61,546 nt of DNA, taken from positions 57,879,171 through 57,940,716 of the forward strand of contig JASCQW010000162.1 in assembly GCA_030264375.1 (NCBI GenBank). Reading direction: 5' to 3'. The notes below the pieces were generated by a model. The model saw only the letters and a list, made by a program, of their open reading frames with translations, searched no databases and was not told the DNA's origin. Origin of the DNA: Carcharhinus longimanus (Eukaryota). The position numbers and the translations under genes are program-made. Shown here in pieces: positions 48,271 to 60,039 of this stretch (the stretch's first letter is position 1; every line of letters begins with the position of its first letter).

Positions 48271-51044
48271 CATTTGAGTGAATAATAAACATCATAGGCA
48301 AGTTCACCCTATGTACATAGGCTGTTCTGAGAGCTACAAACTATGTCCAGTCTCAATAAGCCGCGCTTGGAGAAAGTCTGTTGGAGAAACCAGTTATCTT
48401 TATCCTAGGTCAGAAGTAACCCAAAAGTTATAGGTGCTTGGTTTGGTAACAATTGCTGGATTTTGCTTATGGCTTTAAATCTATGGGGTGCAGTTTGGGA
48501 AGATTTGGCTCAGAAGTTGAGAAAATAGAGCGATTTAAAACCAAATAAATTTAAAGATACTGTGTATAGCCATTAATGAGTTAAGTGTAATTTTAGTTGA
48601 CTTTCTTGGTGTGTATTTTACCATTGAACAAAAATTTATTTTGTTTAAAACCATCAAAAAATGTGTGATATCCTTCACTGGTCTTCACATAATTTCTCAC
48701 ATTATATCAAACTGCAAAATACAGTAGCACTTCAAGATTCCTTTCTGAGATTTAGAATACCCCTGTGTTTACCGCCAGTTGTGCTTTTAACAGCACTATA
48801 ATGATAATGATCTCAGAATGGTGTCTCCAATAATGTAAGTTAGTGGAAAACATTTTCAAAAGTTGTGTTGAAATTTGAAACGAGGTTAACAAACTGCTTG
48901 GTTTTTCATTCACAACTTATAATGTCTCAGTCGTTCATTAGCCTGGAATGTAGTCCAGCTTTGTGCGTATCACATAGTTTTTAATCAGTGTGCATAGTCT
49001 CTGACAATAAATGGGTGAGCAGGGACCAAGAAATCAGGAGCATCGGCTATTGATTGCACAGAATGTGTAAGAACTTGTTAAATGCCTGATATTGAAATTA
49101 GTGAATAATTGCTGCACAGTGTAAATCCATGAGGTATGCAACACACCAACATGGTTCTCAGGTGGCCCATTTATAATTGGCATTAAAGGCCAGTCACATT
49201 TTGCCCTTTCCCTAATTGTTTTTTTTAACAGCTGGGCTGTTCCATTAATAGCTATTGTAATTGAATTGAAAGTTATGGTGATTGCACTCAGTGCTTCCCT
49301 CTCCTTGAGTTTCACGATGGGCCCGTTAACCAAGCAACTGTGACTTAAGCCCATTAATAGCTACCTAGCAATGCCAGAGAGCACGTTAGGTTCATCAGGG
49401 ACACAGTTATAGAGATGAGCTATCACCTGCAACTAGACTTACAGTCAGGGTGGTATGCCAGCAACCCCCAACTACATCCGAACTCTGGCAGGGAGCATCT
49501 ACAATTTGAGTCAATACACACTATCCAAATGGTGACTGATGTGTTCCAGCAGTGTGATAAACTTGTTTCTCCCGTTGAACAGCGACAGCAGTAATAACTG
49601 TACTTCTTCCATTAATGGATCTAAAAGTCCAAAAAGACAACAGATGATTTCTGTGCAGCCATACTGCAATGACCTGGTCAAATTGAGAAGGTTTCTATTT
49701 CATTGTTATAAAGTTGGCCAGTGATCAGGAACTCAAGATCATTCAGGTCAGTGTCTATTTACTAGGAAGCAGACATTCAAAAGCAATCATCTAGCCACCT
49801 TATTTGATGCCAAGGGCAACGTACTCCTTAAATACCACAGTTACCATTTTCAGAATGTCTTTGCGAGTTAACCCCTTGAGTTCGCCATGGACATAAGCAA
49901 CACTTAGCTGCTTGAGCTCACTAAATCTAGCAGGCTAATTAGAAATACTAACATTCACATCTTGGGTTGGATTTTACAGGGGTTATACCTCTGGTTTAGC
50001 ATTTTTATTAATCCTGTAATACACATCAAATGGTGCAGGACATCATTAGCAACATATCCTCTCTGCACTACTTTAACTATACTATTTGATACACTTCTGA
50101 AACATACCTTTCTGTGCACCATTCCTTCCCATGAGCACCCATGAATTCCCCTGAGGCAAAGTAATACTATTTTCAATTGCAGAATAACTCCATTCATAAT
50201 CAGGTCAGTATCTTGCCAACTCTGCAACTCAGGGAAGGATTTATAATGAAACATGCAGCATTGCAGCACGGAACCCCGGTCTGGGGGGTGGGAGGGGGTG
50301 GTGCAGGGTGGAAGGTGGGCAACAAACTAAGTAATGCTCTAGAGCCTGGTAGCACTGAATTTGCCGATAGGTTCATTTCAGCAACCAATGGAGAACAATG
50401 TTGGGATCAGATTAATGGAGTTCATTCAGAATAAGACAACACTGCCTGCCCCAGTTGAGAGGTGGTGGTGACTTAAGAGCAGTTTTGATGGATCTCTCAA
50501 TTCTCTGATCTGAAGTTTGTGTTAGTAAAGCCTTCCAACATTCAGGCAGGCAGCTTGAGGCAACAGTGAGGTCACTGACATTGGAGTGCAGACTTGTGGG
50601 ACCTTTGGAGAGGACCGAGGAGAAGGCACTGGCCAAAAGCTATTGAGGGGAGAGGCGGGATGACTCTCGACCTCCAGGCCAGTGCTGAGAAGGCAACCAA
50701 CCAAAGACAGAGCAGTGCGAGGCAAGACAGCCGGTGCAGAAGCAGCCAGAGCAGGCCAGATGAAGCCACAGCAAGCCAGCCAGAAGTACACACGGTCAGT
50801 GAGGCTCAAAGCCAGCTGCCTGAACGAGGGGTGAACAGACAGGTTGCAAAGTGAAAAGGCTGAGCAGTAATCAGACCGGTGTGAGGAATAGCCAGAGGCC
50901 AGGTTGGATAACCAGCAGTAGCAGCCAGTGAGCCACCAGCACACCTGTGAGCTTAGGTTGTCAAGGGAGCAGCTGAACCAGGGCTGTCACGACCCACCAG
51001 GCCACAGCTGAAGAGGGCAAAGAAGCCATGTCACCAGGGGACGG

Positions 51045-51237
51045 GACAGGCAGGCTCGAAGGGCTAGATGGCCTACTCCTGCNNNNNNNNNNNNNNNNNN
51101 NNNNNNNNNNNNNNNNNNNNNNNNNNNNNNNNNNNNNNNNNNNNNNNNNNNNNNNNNNNNNNNNNNNNNNNNNNNNNNNNNNAAGGGCTAGATGGCCTAC
51201 TCCTGCTCCTATTTCTTATGTTCTTATGTTCTTATGA
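51045..51237 (+). mobile_element. CR1/HER1 LINE 3' end with flank duplicated across a 100-N gap
   Basis: AAGGGCTAGATGGCCTACTCCTGC on both sides of the gap; (TTCTTATG)3 tail. Confidence 0.88.
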
Positions 51238-53399
51238 TAGCATCTGGAGTTCTGACACTGAGGTAGAGCGTGGGCCCCCAAAAGTGTAAGTCCATCTCTG
51301 TTGAAACTGCAGTTGTATGTTCACTATTACACTGCAGTGCATTGACTAACAGTGTAACTGTTCATTAATAACTTCAGTTGCCTAGGGATTCATGTGAAGT
51401 CAGTCCCACCTTTTGGAATATTGAACGACTTGGCATTTGTGTGCTTCGTTGCATTTGTGGCAGCAAGAACTCTTAGTTTGAACATGCATTTAAAATGACA
51501 GAAACCTCTTTACTTAATATTGCCAAAACTAAGATTTCGAACACGACCAAATAAACAGAGTCCTGTCATTTTTTAAAAATAACATTTTCAGATCAACACT
51601 GAGAAAGCATGAATAATAGTTGATACCTGGCATTCATATTATTGAGATGTACAAATACTTGGTGTGCACAGCAATGAATAGCTGGGGCTGATTACAAATC
51701 ACCAATTTAATCAAGGGGTTGAGATTGGTTAGACATAGAATAATAAATAATTAGCAGAAATTAGCAGGTTATAAATTAGTTGAGGAATTCTAGCAATCTA
51801 TGTGGAGGATAATATAAATTCAGGAGGGAATAGAAGATTGTAAATCCAACAAGGACATCCAATTGTTTCACGTTCCATGAAGGTGAATCTCAAAGTGATT
51901 TATATTTATTTTCCAAATATCAAGATGAAACCACTGCGAGTGAATATGGTCACGACTATTTTTTTGCCTTTACCCTGGGGAAAGAGGGTGAGTGCGAGGG
52001 AAATTACTCAAAGTGGCTGTCTTGACAGTCATCAGTGGCCAGAATAGTTTGTGCAGACAATGTGTTCAATGAAATTTTCAGGTAATTATCTGCAATTGAT
52101 TTGTGGATGCAGTAACCTGCAATGTTGTTCAGTTCCATGGAGTAGGCATTTGGCTTCAGTAGCATCCCTGGCAACAGGATTTAATTACCATTTTATCATA
52201 TTCAGATCTTCTCATTATGATAAATGTTATCATTCTCATCCTTGTGTTCAAATCCTTTCTACAAAGTCCTACAACCCACTGAGAACTCTTGTGTTTCTTT
52301 TGATCTTGCACTCCCTGTCATTCTCTCCCAAGCCCCATCATTTTCTCACAATCTCCCATCCTTTAAGATACAGAGTAAAACCTACTTGTTTGATTAAGCT
52401 TTCAGCCACTTGGCTTAATGTCACCTTGCTCTGGCTCACTGCCAATTCTTCACATTTTGTAGCATCAGCTGATATCAGTGATTTTCCTCAGGTAATGTCC
52501 CTGAACCCATCAAATCTCTCATCATCACCCCATTTTCAAAAAGTCCAGCCTTGACCATTTGTCCCTGTACATCTCTTTGTCAATAGTCCTTTCTTTTGCA
52601 AAGTCCTTGGCTGCAATCTAGCGGCTGTGCTAACTGTGGGTACAAATCTCGTAAAAATTTGTTAAATCTTGCGCAAGGCCCAAAACCATATTTGCGCAGC
52701 TGAGATTTTAGTTTGGTATCTATTCCCCTTTCCCGCCCACCACTGATGACACAATCAGGTTCATGCACGGGAAGATTGCAAGCCTAATGAACATTTTTAA
52801 AATAAAGTTGCATCTAATTATGGAGCTTAAAGCCACTACTTCCTCCCTCCCCAACATATCTTCCCACACAACTGACGTGATGTTGTGCCAGTGTGAATCA
52901 GTATAGGTTTTCAACTGGCGGTTGCGGATTCCCCTGATGCTTGTTTGAATGGGGGAGAGGGGGTATGCCACATTAGTGGTGGTAATGTCGTGCCCAATGT
53001 TTGTGTGTGGTTCTCTGTCCATGGGAGAATGGGGATGGGAGTTTATTTTCAGCAGGGCTCTCTTTAAAAATGGTGGCCTGATATTTGTGAAGCCAACCTT
53101 GGCAGCTCTATCTGGCCCTGCCCCACCAGAGTGACGGCGTAAACTGAGCGCTGGAAAATCATACCGTAATCCTTCTAAACCCGTGCCCCCATTTTCCAGC
53201 TTGGGGTGGGGGCAGTGCGGGGGTTCTGTTTCCATTCGTATTGATACAGCCTTAGCTTGAGAATCACTGGCAATGTCTTCCCTTTCTGCTCCACTCAATT
53301 GCCATTGGAATTCCTCAAGGATATATCCTTGGTTTTTCCTATTTTTCAAGTACATGCATTTGGAGACACCATCTGAAAACATGACAACATATTCCTCAT

Positions 53400-54330
53400 G
53401 TATGCTAATGCCATCCAACTGTATCTCCCCTCCATCTCCCTCTACATTTGCACTGTCTACGTTTAGTCAGACTGCTATTACACTGATTGTCCGAAGTCCA
53501 GTCATTTTCCCAAGTTAGGTTCTGGAAGACTGAAGCCATCGACTTTGGTTCCCATCACAAACGTCACTTTTTAGTCCCTGACTGCATTGCTCTTGCTGAT
53601 AAGGTTGAGCCAGATTGTTATCGACACAGGTGTTGTACTTGACTGTCAGCTAAACTTTGGTCCTCATTCCCTCTCTATCACAAAGATTGCATATTTATAA
53701 TACATGGTACTGCCATTCCCTACCTTGGCTGCAGCTCACCGACTGCTGAAACCATCCCCCATGGCTTTGTTATCTCTAGATTTGACTGTTGCGGTGGGCT
53801 TCAGGCTGACCCATCATCTACTTTACATAATTTATGAATCTCTTCTCACTCAAAAACCTTCATGTTCATGTCCTAAGTCCTTGTAATGACTTCAATCAGA
53901 CATTGAGGTTGGCCTATTGGAATATGAGCTCTCTGATTAATGAGTCAATTGATGAGCCAATAAAGGAGTCTCTTCCTTGTGTTTAACCAGGAGTGTCAGT
54001 TCCTCTGGCACTCCCGAAGATAGATTCCTGACTGATGGCACTCTGTGTATTGCTGTTAGAATTATAAATAAAGGGATTTTGGTGAAGGGACATCTGCCTC
54101 CAAAGACTTATTACAGCCCTGCTCACCCATCACCTCTGACCTACAATACTTCCTGCCCCTTAAGCTGCTTCTGAAAACCTATGTCTTTAAGCAAGCTTTT
54201 GATGATCTGTCCTAACATCTTGTCACGTGGCTTGATGTCAAATTTTGCACTATAATTCAATAAGGCTCCTGCAATGAGCCTTTGGTTGCTTTACTGAGTC
54301 AAAGGTGCTACATAAATGCAGGTTGTTGCT
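53400..54330 (+). mobile_element. L2 LINE 3' region interrupted by a solo LTR
   Basis: AAGACTGAAGCCATC..TTTGGTTCCC, CTCTAGATTTGACT, CTCACCCATCACC, CTGAAAACCTATGTCTT, and tail AAAGGTGCTACATAAATGCAGGTTGTTG. Confidence 0.7.
53882..54115 (+). mobile_element. Solo LTR (234 bp)
   Basis: TGTAATGA...TTATTACA termini, internal AATAAA, 5-bp TSD GTCCT/GCCCT. Confidence 0.8.
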
Positions 54331-54967
54331 GGAGCATTGTCTGATCACTGTTGTAATAACACTGGCAAGCAATATACAAGATGATTCGTGGGAATGAAGT
54401 TAAGGTGGAATGAAAGGCAGTGAGACATAGGTAAATGAGAAAAAGTAATTTAACTTATTCATAAAAGAAAGCATAACTCATCTTCCTTTCCCTTGGAGAA
54501 TGGTTACCATTTTGACTCCATCTTTGGCAGTGTTTACCTTACTATCCAGCCATGGGCAGACATCTTGCAGCACAGGCAGCTGGCACAGGCTGCTCTTGCC
54601 ATTCATTCTGGTCTATGCTTAGCCTTGTGCCCTGACAGGCCCAGTGGAAAGATATTTCCGTGCTGGCCTACACACATACCCCTACAGGTATCACCACTTT
54701 CTTTTGATGGTAAATAATAACAACAAATTCAATTAACCTCTTGGGTGGGGTGTGGGGGGGGGGAGCATTGCTTTGAAGAGCCATTGTTGCTTAGCAAATA
54801 TCTGGAACACCCAGAGCTCAGAAATAAATGTTCTAAATCAACATCTTGCAAAAAAAACTTCACAGAGAGTAAAAATAAATTGAAGGAACTTCAAAGAGTG
54901 GATGTTTAAAATTATTCCAGGAATCGCTGGAAATAAATACATTGAGCTAGATTTAAAAGGGAAGATG

Positions 54968-55455
54968 GAACATCAGAGCAGGCATGGTCTATTTAACCAC
55001 TGGAGCCTGTTCCAACATTGAATTAGATCATGCCTAATCTGTATCTTAACTGCATTAACCTTCTTAGTTCCATAACCATTAATCCTTGGCTGGCTAAAAT
55101 CTATCATTGTTTTGATCCTTTTAGTTGACCCCTAGACTCAACATCGAGAGAGAGTTGCTGATTCCCACTGTATTTTTGCGAAGAATGCTTCCCGACATCA
55201 TCCCCTGAATGACCTGCCTCTGATTTTAGGACTGTGTTTTCTTATTCTTAATTCTCCTACCCTTCAGAGGAAACAGTTTCTCTCCATCTACCCTTTCAAA
55301 CACGTCATTCAAATCACCCCTCAGTCTTCTTTATTCGAAGAAACACAAGCCAAGTTTATGGGATCAATCCTCGTAATATAACCCCTTTAAATCTAGTATT
55401 GTCCGCGTGATCATGAGCAGCACTCTCTGCTAGGTGAATGTACCCTGCCTCAGGT
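54968..55455 (-). mobile_element. Old CR1-type LINE 3' fragment
   Basis: GAGCCTGTTCCAACATTGAATTAGATCATG, GAGGAAACAGTTTCTCTCCATCTACCCT, AATCACCCCTCAGTCTTCT. Confidence 0.7.
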
Positions 55456-55554
55456 GGATTGACAGCTTAAGTGCAGACCAGTGCTTCAGTTCTGATGCAG
55501 GGTTTATCCCTGATTTATTTCAGCACTGACTGACCTGGTGTGCTCATATCTAAC

Positions 55555-57720
55555 TGTAGTACTTGCAGGATTGATGCTAGGAGGCACAAACTAAAGGAAC
55601 TTTATTAACTAGGTGTGTTCAGTACAGGCTGCTTTTTAACTCTGCATTGTCACCCACGCTAGCAATCGGCGACGCCACTTCCAGTGATATCACGCACATA
55701 TTATACAGCGCAGCTTCTCCGAAATCAACATCAATAGATTACATTTTTTCCTCCACCTTTAAATCAAATATCCCCAATAAATTTAAACAAATGAACAGTA
55801 ATCAAACAATACTAATCACTAAGTCAGATGGTTTGAAGGATGTTGTTCTCTGAATTGTTGTCAATGATCCTCAAGAGACATCTGCATCCTGGCATTAGTC
55901 GCAACCTCTGGATTTTTAGATTTTGTATGGATGTTGTCAGTAGTTATTTTGACCAGTGTCGATGTTATAACTGGAGGTTGATTCTGTGTTTGATTTGAAA
56001 TTGATATGTTGTTTCCCTCAACTATTTCTGCCTGTGTCAAGGTTTCAGGAAGGTTCAGGTCAGAACGTGGCACAGTTGAATTCGGATTCACTGCTGATTC
56101 CATTTCCGACGGATTGATTCTCCCCACGTGCCTCCTCCAGATGACATCATAGCATCATAGAGTTACAGAGGTTTACAACATGGAAACAGGCTTTTCGACC
56201 CAACTTGTCCACGTTGCCTCTTTTTTTAAACCCATAAGCTAGTCCCAATTGCCCGTGTATGTAACTGTCTAAATGTTTTTTAAAAGACAAAATTGTACCA
56301 GCCTCTATTACTATATCTGGCAGATATATTGCAATATATTACTATATTGTTGCAGACACTCACCACCCTCTGTGTGAAAAAACTGCTCCTCTGGACCCTT
56401 TTGTATCTCTCCCCTTAAATCTATGCCCTCTAGTTTCAACTCCCTGTCTTTGGGAAAAGATATTGACTATCTCACTGATCTATGCCCCTCATTATTTAAA
56501 GCCCTCTATACGATCACCCCTAAGCCTCCTACGTTCCAGAGAAAAAAGTCCCAGTCTATCCAGCTTCTCCATATAACTCAAATCATCAAGTCCCTGTAGC
56601 ATCCTAGTAAATCTTTTCTGCACTCTTTCTAGTTTAATAATATCCTGCCTATAATAGGGTGACCAGAACTGTACACAGTATTCCCAGGTCATCAGCCCAG
56701 GACTGGAGGGGTATACGAAACCGGTTCAGTCTGTGTGATCATTGTGGCAGGAACCCATTTCTCTCCTGTAGATTAGTTCCTAGCGAGCAGCTGTTATCCT
56801 TGCCAAAGACATGCTGCTTCGTCTTGTTTTCCCACCATTCGATCCGACCTTGTTATTTCTTCTGGCTTTGTAAATTTCAATAAGTCAAATGCCGAATGTA
56901 ACTTCAGCATCAGTAAAGCTGAGGAGGTTCTTGTCATTGAATGAGCAGTATTCCTATGGGCGGGAATTGATTTAGACATTTGGTCAATGAGCTTTGTTTT
57001 CTGGTTGCCTTTAATGCGTGCTTCGTTACTGGCATGAAACATTCTGCTAGTCTATTTGGAGCAGGATGGTACAGTACTGACCTAATACCTTGTATATTGT
57101 TCTCTCTCAAGAAACTTCCAAATTTTTGAGAGATGAACTGCGGCCAGTTATCATTCACTAATTTCTCAGGAAACCCAAATCTACTAAAGATTTCTTCTAA
57201 CCTCCCAATTGACTTTTCCGATGAAGTTTTACTTCTTTTTGGTGACTTCTGGCTCCTTTGAATGAGCCTCGATTAGGAACATATGTCCTTCAAAAGATCC
57301 TGTCTGGTTGACATGTACCCATTGCCAAGCCTCTTCTGGCCATTCCCAAAGATTTAATGGTGATAACAGTGACATGATTTGCACCTTCAGGCATGAATGA
57401 AATGTCCCAGCCTTTTTATCTATTTCTGCTTCCAATCCAGACCACCAGAAATAGCTTTGCTATCTCTTTCATTCTTACAATTCGACAATTGGCCCTCTTG
57501 TAATTTGTTCAACACTCATCTTCTCAATGGTGATGGAATGATTATTCTGAGCCCTCCAAAAAAGACATCCTGCCCGTACAGTCAATCCAATCTTCGACAG
57601 GAGTATGGTTTCAAGTTAGGTTTAGTTTTGAGGTCTTGCTTCTTAGCACCATACCCATTATTTGTCCTGAAGTGACAGGTGTATTGTCTACCTGATCAAA
57701 GTAGAAGATGCTACTATGTT
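55555..57720 (-). mobile_element. Second Gypsy element, 3' part (integrase, PPT, 3' LTR at 55555-55743)
   Basis: WSGLEAEID, LWEWPEEAWQWVHV..TGSFEGHMFLIEAHSK.PEV, NDNWPQFISQKF..FLRENNI...YHPAPNRLAE; PPT GGTGGAGGAAAAAA at 55744-55757; LTR TGTAAT...ACTACA with AATAAA. Confidence 0.88.
56150..56689 (-). mobile_element. CR1/HER1 LINE fragment nested in the Gypsy element
   Basis: EYCVQFWSPYYRQDIIKLERVQKRFTRML...LGLFSLERRRLRGD; possible TSD CATCA at 56145-56149 and 56690-56694. Confidence 0.9.
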
Positions 57721-57724
57721 GATC

Positions 57725-59627
57725 AGAATTTGAGAATAAAGAACAGAAATTATACCACGCATAGTAATAGAAGGCACTAAAAAGATGTCAATGGAGGCAA
57801 GAGGTGGGAGCGTCAGAAATTGGGGGTTGGCCTTACACACAAAGTCTTGAATTTATAAATATCTGAAAGTGCGTTGTCGGTATAGCAAACTTATCCACCA
57901 CCTGCTGGAATGACTCAAACACACCATCCACATACAAGTCCGGGAATGTCCTGACCCCATTGCTTGACCCACATGTTGAAGGTACCATCCAAAACAGAGG
58001 AAAAAAAAAATGGTTAGCTGATACTGGGGAGGCCACTGACCAGGCTGAAAGCCAAAGTGGCATCTAAACTGTGTCCAAATTCTAAGAGTTGATTTGACAA
58101 GTGCACTCCTAGTACAGTGGGAAGAGGGAAAATTTATCAGGGAACACATTAAAGCAGCCAGGGAAGACGGAGCACAAGAGGTGGTTTCCAACTGCAGCCA
58201 ACAAGGAATTGCCTTTTGCCTCTCTCTCTGCACCACACACTATCACTCTCATATTGGCTGCCCAATAATAAAGCAGAAAATTGGGCAATCCCATGCCCCC
58301 CCTCCCATTTAGGGTTTTGTAAAACTGTCCTCTGCATTCTTGGGTTTTTCCTATTCTGGACAAAGCTTGAAACGAGCCAGTCAAGTCTGTGAAGAAAAGG
58401 ATTTGGGGATGAACACTGGGATGCACTGGAAGAGATATAAAAACTTAGATAGTATGTTCATCTTCACCGCATTGATACAGCCCGCTAACAATAACGGGAG
58501 GATGGACCAACGTTTGAGGGCCTGTTCTGTCCGCCCATGAATGGAGTAAAGTTAGCTCCAAAGAGCCCACTAAATTTGCCAGTCACTTGCACCCCCAAGT
58601 AAGTAAACTGCCTAGTGACGATCTTGAAAGGCAGGGTGTGGAGCGGGAGGCTACGAGCGCTGCATTCAAAGGAAGGCGCTCACTCTTATTCAAGTTAAGC
58701 TTGTACTCAAAAAGATGACCAAACTTCTCATATAGATAAGACTTCAGAAATTGAGTTGGATGGGCTGCTGTCGTACAAAAGAAGGTCGTCCGTATATCGC
58801 GATACTCTCTGCTCGATTCCTGCCTGACCAATCTCCACCACTCATTTGCTGCTGTAAAAATCCACAGCCAGAGGTTCAAACAGCAATGGCAAATAACAAG
58901 GGGAAGGGGGGTATCCTTGCCTCGTGCCCCAGGACAAAGCGGAAAAAACTGAATGCACATTGTTTGTCTGGACTGAGGCTAGAGGGATAGAGTACAGTAT
59001 TTTGATCAAGTTTTGGATTGAACCCGAATCTCCTGACAGCGTAAAATAAATAATCCCATTCCACCCGATCAAATACTTTTTCAGCGTCCAGCAAGATTAA
59101 CATCTCTGGTAGCTTGGAGGTGGCAGACACATACATAATGTTAAACAGCTGCCAAATATTCAAATATATATATCTATTTTTAATGAACCCAGTCTGGTCA
59201 GGCGAGATGATAGATGGCAGAATGTCCTCCAAGCGAATGGCCAGAACCTTAGCAATCAGTTTGACATCCCCATTCAGCAATGAGATTGGTGTCTAAGAGC
59301 TGCAGGTTCTTATTCTTTTTGAGGATAAACGAAATTGTCACTTGCCTCATAGTCTGCGGGAGAATGCAGTTCTCATTTAAATCATCAATCATGCGCAGTA
59401 ACAGGGGAGCCAATCTATCCATAAATTTTTTGTAGAATTTGATGGGGTATCCATCTGGTCCCAGACATTTCCCACTCGGCATAGTTCTGGCCGTCCAAAC
59501 AATTTTTTCACCATCGATTGGTTTCTCCAGTGCCTCAGCATCTCTGTCCATCATGGGGAGATTCAGTGCCCCAAAGAGCTCCTGAAAGTCTGCCTCATTG
59601 GCGGTACTCTCCGAGCTATAGAGGGTT
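57725..59627 (-). mobile_element. L1-clade LINE, decayed ORF2
   Basis: GKCLGPDGYPIKFYKKF, LLNGDVKLIAKVLAIRL..IISPDQTGFIKNR, LLDAEKVFDRVEWDYL, GTRQGYPPSP, GGMGLPNFLLYYWAAN. Confidence 0.92.
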
Positions 59628-59702
59628 GAACATAAGAACATAAGAAATAGGAGCAGGAGTAGGCCATCTAGCCCCTCGAGCCTGCCCCGCCATTCAATAA
59701 GA
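59628..59702 (-). mobile_element. CR1/HER1 LINE 3' end (young subfamily)
   Basis: GAACATAAGAACATAAGAAATAGGAGCAGGAGTAGGCC, next to an N gap. Confidence 0.85.
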
Positions 59703-60039
59703 NNNNNNNNNNNNNNNNNNNNNNNNNNNNNNNNNNNNNNNNNNNNNNNNNNNNNNNNNNNNNNNNNNNNNNNNNNNNNNNNNNNNNNNNNNNNNNNNNN
59801 NNNNNNNNNNNNNNNNNNNNNNNNNNNNNNNNNNNNNNNNNNNNNNNNNNNNNNNNNNNNNNNNNNNNNNNNNNNNNNNNNNNNNNNNNNNNNNNNNNNN
59901 NNNNNNNNNNNNNNNNNNNNNNNNNNNNNNNNNNNNNNNNNNNNNNNNNNNNNNNNNNNNNNNNNNNNNNNNNNNNNNNNNNNNNNNNNNNNNNNNNNNN
60001 NNNNNNNNNNNNNNNNNNNNNNNNNNNNNNNNNNNNNNN

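Noticed and set aside
48300-48792. Possible solo LTR ending TAACA (similar impression at about 36700-37050)
   Set aside because: Could not define the 5' TG end or a TSD.
50522-51040. GC-rich ORF cluster (possible Harbinger Myb/SANT gene or exon)
   Set aside because: No diagnostic motif found in the frames examined; probably an unclassified repeat.
52051-53418. 167-aa and 232-aa ORFs
   Set aside because: No recognisable homology or coding-like composition; they overlap L2- and MITE-like remnants.
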